NCBI GenBank assembly: GCA_048937405.1
Contig: JBHLNF010000003.1
Location: 264,807-328,806 of the forward strand
Reading direction: 5' to 3'
Source of the DNA: Promethearchaeota archaeon
Lineage (GTDB): Archaea > Asgardarchaeota > Lokiarchaeia > Sigyniarchaeales > SOKP01
DNA length: 64,000 nucleotides
A model generated the notes under the pieces. It did no database searches. It had not been told where the DNA came from and was given only the letters and a program-made list of their open reading frames with translations. Below, in pieces: positions 57,140 to 64,000 of this stretch (positions are counted from its first letter, which is position 1; the number at the start of each line of letters is the position of its first letter). The position numbers and the translations under genes were made by a program.

Positions 57140-57823
57140 ATGAATCTGGAAAAATGGAACAACTGGGCTTTTATCACCGTTATTTTTGGATCAGTACAAT
57201 TTACCATTTTAACATTTATAGCTATGTTTTTCTATAAAGGAGGAACTTATATTGATTCATCTACATCCCATTATATCTTTTGGTATAATTATTTTAGTGA
57301 TTTAGGACGATTTATGTCACATTCTGGTACTTTAAACCTTATTTCATTTATATTATTTACTATTGCTTTAGCATTATGGGGCATAACCCAAATCCCCTTT
57401 TACATTGCATTTTTAAGATTTTTTATTGAATCTAAAAAATTGAAACAAATCACTTATATTAGCTCCATTTTTGGCGTAATGTCAGGTATATATTATGTTG
57501 GAATTGCATTTACTCCCTCACATCTTCTTGGTAATTTACATGATCTTTTTGTATTTCTTGGTTTTGGTTCGATTTTTCTCTGTATGATATTATATTCTAT
57601 TATAATATATAAAGATGAGAATTATCCAAAATTCTATGCGAATGTGCTAATAATTTCTATGATTATTTTAGGATTATATTTCACTACTCTATTTTCAATT
57701 CAAAATATTAATCTCACGAGTAGATTATTTATTTCTGCAATTGGACAAAAAATCATGATATATACTATTATTATTTGTTGTATAATTCAAGGATATGGTG
57801 CCCTTAAGCAGTTGAATGCATGA
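57140..57823 (+). CDS. Membrane protein, DUF998-like
   Basis: Six TMs; Y.GG...NYFSDLG motif and a conserved His (NLHD). Confidence 0.65.
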   Translation: MNLEKWNNWAFITVIFGSVQFTILTFIAMFFYKGGTYIDSSTSHYIFWYNYFSDLGRFMSHSGTLNLISFILFTIALALWGITQIPFYIAFLRFFIESKKLKQITYISSIFGVMSGIYYVGIAFTPSHLLGNLHDLFVFLGFGSIFLCMILYSIIIYKDENYPKFYANVLIISMIILGLYFTTLFSIQNINLTSRLFISAIGQKIMIYTIIICCIIQGYGALKQLNA

Positions 57824-57873
57824 TTCTACTCTTCATTATCTTTTTAATTATTCCACCTTTTTAAATAAACAAT

Positions 57874-58602
57874 ATGAGTAGAGAGAATCAACTAATTAAA
57901 ATGATTCATGATGGTTCATTACGAGGAATCATTTTTGATTTTGATGGAACTATACTTGATATAAAAGAAATACTCGAAAATGCAATTAAAGAAGTATTTC
58001 TTGAAAATAATCTAGATGTTGATATGGAGACAACTCTTCAGGAAATTGGAGCATTAATAGAAACAATACAAGGATATCCCTTACCTAAGGTGTTGCTTGA
58101 ATCCTATGAGATATTTAAGCATATCACAGCTCTAACAGATTTATCTTACTTTAAAAAACTAAATATCGCCATCAAAATATTTGGTAATTATCTTAAATAT
58201 GCTAAAGATGCTTCAATTTTCCCAGAAGTCAAACCTCTTTTAAACAAAATTTCTAAATCTTTTGATCTATTTATTCTTTCTCATAATAAGACAGAAACAA
58301 TAATGGAACATTTGGAAAAAGAAGGGATTGAAAAATTTTTTAAAGGTGTCTATGGAAGTGATATCATTCCAGTTCAAAAACCAGATCCGATGGCACTCCA
58401 ACCAGTATTAGAATACTATGAAAAACGGAGTAGAGATGAATTTGTAATGATCGGTGATATGCCTTCAGATATAACTGCTGGGAGGGAAGCTGGATTTTGG
58501 ACAATCGGTGTGGCAAGTGGAGTAAGTAAAAAACAAATATTATTAAATTATAGTCCTGACTTACTAATTGATTCATTAAATGAATTATCACAATTTTTAT
58601 AA
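57874..58602 (+). CDS. HAD-family hydrolase (phosphoglycolate phosphatase-like)
   Basis: FDFDGT, LSH, KPDP, MIGD..SDI.AG. Confidence 0.92.
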   Translation: MSRENQLIKMIHDGSLRGIIFDFDGTILDIKEILENAIKEVFLENNLDVDMETTLQEIGALIETIQGYPLPKVLLESYEIFKHITALTDLSYFKKLNIAIKIFGNYLKYAKDASIFPEVKPLLNKISKSFDLFILSHNKTETIMEHLEKEGIEKFFKGVYGSDIIPVQKPDPMALQPVLEYYEKRSRDEFVMIGDMPSDITAGREAGFWTIGVASGVSKKQILLNYSPDLLIDSLNELSQFL

Positions 58603-58762
58603 AAGTAAACAAATCTCTTAATCATATTTTGATTATATTTAAAATCATTGACAAACTTGTCATAAAATAAATATAAAAATAGAGGATTACTCTTCTTCTT
58701 CAAACAATTTTATCAAAAATTCTTAATTAAAATCGTATTTATCAAATATTTGATGAATTATA

Positions 58763-61492
58763 ATGAGAAATCTTAGATCTAATAAAATAATTCTATTAAT
58801 TTTAATTCTATGTGTTCCTACAACAATTCTTTTCGGAATAATTAGTACTAATGTCTATGCTGGTGATGAAGATATTCCCGAAGAAAATTACAAGAATGAA
58901 TGGCACTGGCATAGCGATATCCAAACGGATGAGCTAATTATTTATGAGATGGAAATAAGTATGAAAAACTTATCTAGTAGTGAAATGATATTGATGTCTA
59001 AAGAATTGAGAATAATTAATATTACGGGATTCAAAAATGAAACTTCGCTATTTGGATTTGGAAACGTATCGAGAATTTATGGAACGTATAATTATTATAA
59101 TTGTACATCTGAAGAGATCATTGCATATGATTATCCATGGTCAGATCCTCATAGTCTAGCAGGTTTTGGATATAATGATACAGGAGTCTTTCGAGAATAT
59201 TATGATATGGGAGTAGAAGCTCCTTCTCTTGGTTGTATATTCCTTCCAGTTAATGGAACTAAGGGTGTAGCAACCGTTGATGTTGATATTATGGCGGACA
59301 TAATCAATAAAACATACCTTAATTATACTTACCAGATGGGATGGTCTCCAAAATTTAATGACTATACAACGGATCCTGCTAAAAATTTTATATGTTTTCG
59401 AAATACTACAAATAATTACTTCATTAATAATACATATTATGATAATGGAACTCTGCGAAGCGCTGAAAGTTCCTATTGGTTAGTATATGGAGGAAATCCC
59501 GATCATATAGAATTTAATACTACTATGAAACATGTACTCAATTATGATATAACTGATGAAATTGAATGGGGCGTCGATGTCGGTGATATATTTTATTTCG
59601 ATCAATCCAGTGAATTTCCTTCTATGATTCCCTATCAAGATATTAAAGTAACTATATCAGGATTTAATAAATCTCTCTATGAAGTTCCAGGGGTGTATGG
59701 TAGTAATATGTACAGCGTCTTTCAAAATGTTCTTGCAAATATCTCGATTTGGGATGGTACACAATATATTCCAATGTATACAAACAGAACCATTGGAAGC
59801 GCAAATAATTTTTACCCTGTGTATTATCTTGCTGTAATAGATATGTTTTTCTCTGTAATTCCTACAAGTTGTAGTCTATATGATCTGGAATTCTTTTTGG
59901 ATTACATATCTATAAATATACCTTATTTTCCCTTTGATGAGAGAGTTGTATTTCAAAAGGATGGATATATATGGATGCAATTAAATAGCTCCATATCAGA
60001 CGACTTTATAGATATTAATTTTGATACCACTAATGGAGTTCTTGAAACTTGGTTCTTTTATGCTAATGGTGCGTTGCAAGTTGTTTCCTATAGAAAAGAT
60101 ATACCTCAACCATGGTTGTGGTCTGTAGATATTGGAGATATTGTCTATTTTAAAGAAATTAATATGGAGGGAAGTGGGGAACAAAATGACTACAGAGCTA
60201 CTATTGAGGGTTTTACAGGGGGATTAGTAAACATGACCTATATGAATTATGAATATGAAATACCTCTTCAGCCGGGTGATCCAGAATTTCAATTTTTTTA
60301 TACAGTTAATGCAACAGTAGATGAATGGAATGAAACAACAGGATCTTGGATGTTTAGAAGTACTGATATGTTCGCTGTAGCCAATGAATATTGGCCAGCA
60401 TTTCCTGTTCCTAATATAACTCCGAGATTAATACCCTTAGGAACAACTGGATCTAATCTTCAACCATTATTTGATATGATGACACCCTATTATGATGATA
60501 TCACATTTAGTAATGATGCTATAATCTTCACGAACACTACAGATGATAAAACTGCTAGTATTTATTTAGATGGAACTGAAGGTATGATTACATATATGGG
60601 GGGATGGTTTCCTGTTGGCGATCCATGGTTCCATATGTCTACTTATATAAAAAACAATAAGACACTTACTTCTGGAGTACCATATATTCTTCAAAGTGAC
60701 TTTATAACAGATATAACAATGACTATTCAAGCAACCACTACAAGTCCAGATGTAGAATACGTTTATGCTTTATTATCTGAAAATCCTGTGAATATATCAT
60801 TACCTGAAGGAACTCCTTTGTATTATATGGACCAATTGATCGTCAATGATGATTCAATAGTCGGAAATATTACTATGACTCTAACCTTCCCTTCGAGTAT
60901 CAATCTTTCTCTGGTACCACTCCATATGTATGGATATAATATGTCTGGAACAAATGAATGGGACGAGGTACCTTCAGAATTTTCTGATACAGTTATATAC
61001 AATTATCTTACTAATTCAATATTAATAGAAATGCCTCCATGGGGGTCAGATTCAATGATATCGGCAATGTCAGCTGAATTTCTACCGGGTGATTTTACTC
61101 TTGATTCAGATGCTTTAGATCTTGATCCTGATGGAAATTTTACTCTTACATGGGACTTTTCTGATCGTGCAAATAGTTACTCTGTATACGTATACTCTGA
61201 CCCAATCGATGAATCAAATATAGATTCAGCAACACTTTTAGCAACTGGAATTACAGATAACTTTTATCAAATAACAGATTATCTTAATGGAACTTACTAC
61301 TTTATAGTTGTAGCCTACAATGATTACGGATATACATTATCAAATTGTATTGAAGTTGAGGTCGCAATACCGCCTGAGAAGGAAGAGGAAGGTAATGGTG
61401 GCATTCCGGGATATCCTCTTTACTTACTGCTTACATTTTTCTCAGTAATAACATTGATTGTAATCTTGAAAAAGTGTAAAAAAATTAAATAA
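58763..61492 (+). CDS. Secreted surface glycoprotein with internal repeats, FN3-like domain and IPGY (Loki-CTERM-type) C-terminal anchor
   Basis: Signal-like N-terminus; repeats WGVDVGD/WSVDIGD and ANNFYP/ANEYWP; FTLTW...YSVY...GTYYFIVVAYNDYG; C-terminal GGIPGY, TM helix and basic tail. Confidence 0.85.
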   Translation: MRNLRSNKIILLILILCVPTTILFGIISTNVYAGDEDIPEENYKNEWHWHSDIQTDELIIYEMEISMKNLSSSEMILMSKELRIINITGFKNETSLFGFGNVSRIYGTYNYYNCTSEEIIAYDYPWSDPHSLAGFGYNDTGVFREYYDMGVEAPSLGCIFLPVNGTKGVATVDVDIMADIINKTYLNYTYQMGWSPKFNDYTTDPAKNFICFRNTTNNYFINNTYYDNGTLRSAESSYWLVYGGNPDHIEFNTTMKHVLNYDITDEIEWGVDVGDIFYFDQSSEFPSMIPYQDIKVTISGFNKSLYEVPGVYGSNMYSVFQNVLANISIWDGTQYIPMYTNRTIGSANNFYPVYYLAVIDMFFSVIPTSCSLYDLEFFLDYISINIPYFPFDERVVFQKDGYIWMQLNSSISDDFIDINFDTTNGVLETWFFYANGALQVVSYRKDIPQPWLWSVDIGDIVYFKEINMEGSGEQNDYRATIEGFTGGLVNMTYMNYEYEIPLQPGDPEFQFFYTVNATVDEWNETTGSWMFRSTDMFAVANEYWPAFPVPNITPRLIPLGTTGSNLQPLFDMMTPYYDDITFSNDAIIFTNTTDDKTASIYLDGTEGMITYMGGWFPVGDPWFHMSTYIKNNKTLTSGVPYILQSDFITDITMTIQATTTSPDVEYVYALLSENPVNISLPEGTPLYYMDQLIVNDDSIVGNITMTLTFPSSINLSLVPLHMYGYNMSGTNEWDEVPSEFSDTVIYNYLTNSILIEMPPWGSDSMISAMSAEFLPGDFTLDSDALDLDPDGNFTLTWDFSDRANSYSVYVYSDPIDESNIDSATLLATGITDNFYQITDYLNGTYYFIVVAYNDYGYTLSNCIEVEVAIPPEKEEEGNGGIPGYPLYLLLTFFSVITLIVILKKCKKIK

Positions 61493-61818
61493 ATTTTAAT
61501 AAATCTTTTTTTTTTCATTTTCATTTTAATAAAAGAGAATAATTAGTATTTTGAGATATATATTATAATTTGTTTTTTATTTGAAAAACCAAATTATGGA
61601 TATAAATTAACTGATTCTTATTGAGTTTAATCATACTTAATAGATTCGGAATCAAATCGATATATTTTTATATAAACATTCCTTTAAGTAAAGATAAAAA
61701 CCTTACCCAAAAATTACATTTTATTAAAATTTTAGCCCTTTTTTAATAATTAAAGTTTTTAGATAATTCAAATTATAATATTTATATCTCATTTTTAACT
61801 TGAAAATGGTCGGTTAAT

Positions 61819-63486
61819 ATGGAACTCGAAAAACCAGAGAAAAAAGGTTATGAAATAGCAGCTGAAATTGAGCGCAAGAAATCAACTGAAGAAAAGATGC
61901 AAGAGGAGTTAAAATATGAAAAACGCCATCAAGATTGGATGTATAAAATATTGAAGTATAATCCAATCGATCCTTTAAATGACTTATATCGATATATTGT
62001 AAGGCGACTAGGTTTTAAGAACATAGAGGGACGATTACAATGGTGGGCGGCATTTATATATATCAAATGGGCTGCTCGAACATTTTGGAATTTCAAGATG
62101 GAATATCCGAAAGGAAATATGTTTCCGGAATATGGCCCAGGCATTTTAATAGGCAATCATGAGTCACACATAGATCCTTTCTTTTATGGGGCTGCTTGTC
62201 ATCGAAGAATCCGTTATATGAGTAAATTAGATAATTTTAAAACTCCAATTGTAAAAACACTCTTTCATAATTTAAGTGCTTTTAAAGTAGATCGTGAAAA
62301 TCCAGAACATGGATGGGAAAAAGCAAAGGAAATATTAAGAGAAGGAGAGTGGGTCGGAATATTTCCTGAGGGGACCCGCTCTATGGATGGAACTTTAGGT
62401 GAATTTAAAACAGGAGCGGTTCGGTTGGCAATTGAGATGGATGTACCAATTGTTCCAATGGCTGTTATAGGAAGTAGAAATGCATTACCTAAAGGCAACC
62501 TAGTAATGAAACCTACTCAGGTAATAGTACGTGGTGGTGATCCAATTTATTATCATGATTATGATATTGATAGTGTTTCTTATACGGAAATCAGACGATT
62601 AACGGATAACTTAAGAAATACTGTTTGGGAATTACGGGAGGGAATTTATGGAAAGGAGAAAGATGATGAACTTTCTATTGGTTCACCAGAAAAAGCTGAA
62701 AAAGTTCCTAAACTTAATGTTATGACATATCTAAAAGATCAAGTAAAAGGTATTCTTAGGTTTATTGATGATTCTTGGTATGCCTTTTTGAAGAGTTTAG
62801 AAGAATTTGGATTAAGAAAGCAATTTCAATACCATGTGCAGTGTTTTTCTGGAGATTTAGTATGCGGATGGTCTGACCTTATGATGCCTTATAAAGCTAT
62901 AGATTTTGATAAATATATCCCTTCAGAAGGTGCCGCTCTTGTTTGTCCAAGTCATAATTCTGAATGGGACGTACTTATCTTAGCAGCGAGTATGATACAT
63001 CACGAACCTAGACGTATAATGTGGCAAATGGCAAAACAATCATTATTTAAATATCCATTAGTAAATGCATGGGTTAGAAATCATCATGCTTTTCCATTAA
63101 AACGTGGTGAACATGATGTAGATTCTTATAATTTTGCTAGAGAGCTTCTTAATAATGGAGAAATAGTTTGTACATATCCAGAAGGAACTACAAACACTGG
63201 AGGAGGTCGTCTTTTGGAAGGACATACAGGTCCAATGCGACTAGCGATAGAAACTCAAGTACCGATAATCCCTATTGGGATAACTGGAACTGAAGCAACG
63301 TATCCCAAACGAGCTAAAATGTTAAAGTTTTACAAAGGTCAAATTTTAAAAGCTGGTCCTCCATTCGTGGAACATAAAAAATACTGGGGTAAACCTATGC
63401 CAGATTATGATGAATTAAAAAGATTGACAGCTAGAATGATGGATCGAATCAGAGATTTACTTTTCTACGATACGCCTGATGTGTGA
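61819..63486 (+). CDS. Tandem (double) PlsC-family lysophospholipid acyltransferase
   Basis: Domain 1 NHESHID...FPEGTRS...PIVPM; domain 2 SHNSEWD...YPEGTTN...PIIPIG. Both keep the HxxxxD motif. Confidence 0.9.
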   Translation: MELEKPEKKGYEIAAEIERKKSTEEKMQEELKYEKRHQDWMYKILKYNPIDPLNDLYRYIVRRLGFKNIEGRLQWWAAFIYIKWAARTFWNFKMEYPKGNMFPEYGPGILIGNHESHIDPFFYGAACHRRIRYMSKLDNFKTPIVKTLFHNLSAFKVDRENPEHGWEKAKEILREGEWVGIFPEGTRSMDGTLGEFKTGAVRLAIEMDVPIVPMAVIGSRNALPKGNLVMKPTQVIVRGGDPIYYHDYDIDSVSYTEIRRLTDNLRNTVWELREGIYGKEKDDELSIGSPEKAEKVPKLNVMTYLKDQVKGILRFIDDSWYAFLKSLEEFGLRKQFQYHVQCFSGDLVCGWSDLMMPYKAIDFDKYIPSEGAALVCPSHNSEWDVLILAASMIHHEPRRIMWQMAKQSLFKYPLVNAWVRNHHAFPLKRGEHDVDSYNFARELLNNGEIVCTYPEGTTNTGGGRLLEGHTGPMRLAIETQVPIIPIGITGTEATYPKRAKMLKFYKGQILKAGPPFVEHKKYWGKPMPDYDELKRLTARMMDRIRDLLFYDTPDV

Positions 63487-63506
63487 ATGACTGAGGATTT
63501 TAATAA

Positions 63507-64000
63507 ATGGAAACAGATGAGAAATCTAGCCAAAAAAAGATAAGAGTTGGAATTCCAAGAGCACTTCATTTTTATAGATATTTTCCATTTTGGAAAAAAT
63601 TACTTGAAGAATTAGATGTGGAAATTATTTTAAGTCCACCAACAAATAAGAAAATAGTTGAAGAAGGGGTAACGCATGGATTTGGAGAACTTTGTATCCC
63701 TATAAAAATTTATTATGGGCAAGTGTTAAAATTAGTTCGAGATCATCCGGATTTAGATTATCTTTTTGTACCCAGATATGTAGCAGAAATAAAAGAAGCT
63801 TATTTTTGCCCGAAATTTTTGTCTTTACCAGATGTTATAAAGATTTTGCCTGAAGTACCAAAAATATTAAACTTTGAAGTTAATGTAAAGGAATTTCCAA
63901 TAGCAACCTCTGTAATTGAACTTGCAAAAGAATTAGGAAAAAATCAAAATCAAGCTTTAAAAGCTTATAGAGAAGCTCAAAATTATTTTGATGAATATCA
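63507..64000 (+). CDS. Acyl-CoA dehydratase activase-related protein (DUF2229-like), runs off window end
   Basis: Not in the ORF track. Manual translation: METDEKSSQKKIRVGIPRALHFYRYFPFWKKLL...LSPPTNK...ELCIPIKIYYG...DYLFVPR...FCPKFLSLPD. Confidence 0.82.
   Translation, partial: METDEKSSQKKIRVGIPRALHFYRYFPFWKKLLEELDVEIILSPPTNKKIVEEGVTHGFGELCIPIKIYYGQVLKLVRDHPDLDYLFVPRYVAEIKEAYFCPKFLSLPDVIKILPEVPKILNFEVNVKEFPIATSVIELAKELGKNQNQALKAYREAQNYFDEY

Noticed and set aside
1137-62498. Many short ORFs (62-118 aa) from the six-frame track overlapping longer genes, e.g. 1938-2267, 14453-14764, 16182-16538, 40949-41296
   Set aside because: They are antisense or alternate-frame shadows of well-supported genes and show no motifs.
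1-64000. Selenoprotein read-through or SECIS elements, tRNA/rRNA, CRISPR arrays, IS elements, provirus
   Set aside because: TGA-ending genes look complete. By eye I found no cloverleaf, GC-rich structural RNA, repeat-spacer array, transposase or viral gene. A covariance-model search could still find short RNAs.

Overview
This AT-rich archaeal window is almost certainly from an Asgard archaeon of the Lokiarchaeia type. The evidence is a Rab-like GTPase, longin-domain fusions, an IPGY/Loki-CTERM surface protein, archaeal ADH synthase, PUA and XPF genes, and GAGGTG/GGTGAT Shine-Dalgarno motifs. It holds about 46 protein-coding genes, two of them cut by the window edges. I recognised no tRNA, rRNA, CRISPR array or transposase. 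Lipid and acyl-CoA genes are abundant: a GGR-family reductase, two crotonases, 3-hydroxyacyl-CoA dehydrogenase, tandem acyl-CoA ligases, an SRD5A-like reductase, START, SCP2 and a double-PlsC acyltransferase. HypD, a tryptophanase-family enzyme and NadB are also present. Best candidates for undescribed systems: (1) a radical SAM/SPASM - SCP2 - U32 operon (32866-36275) whose two Fe-S enzymes share the same ~75-aa helical domain, flanked by two cobalamin-dependent radical SAM genes, suggesting a UbiT/UbiUV-like O2-independent lipid-modification complex; (2) a signalling locus (17950-27566) with two MFS-fold membrane proteins fused to longin domains, bracketed by two YwlE-like phosphatases, beside a degenerate macrodomain, a SIR2-TPR protein and nadB; (3) a longin-like plus tandem winged-helix protein co-oriented with a Zn-domain/TrmB/coiled-coil protein. 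All family calls are from motif recognition by eye; no database search was run.
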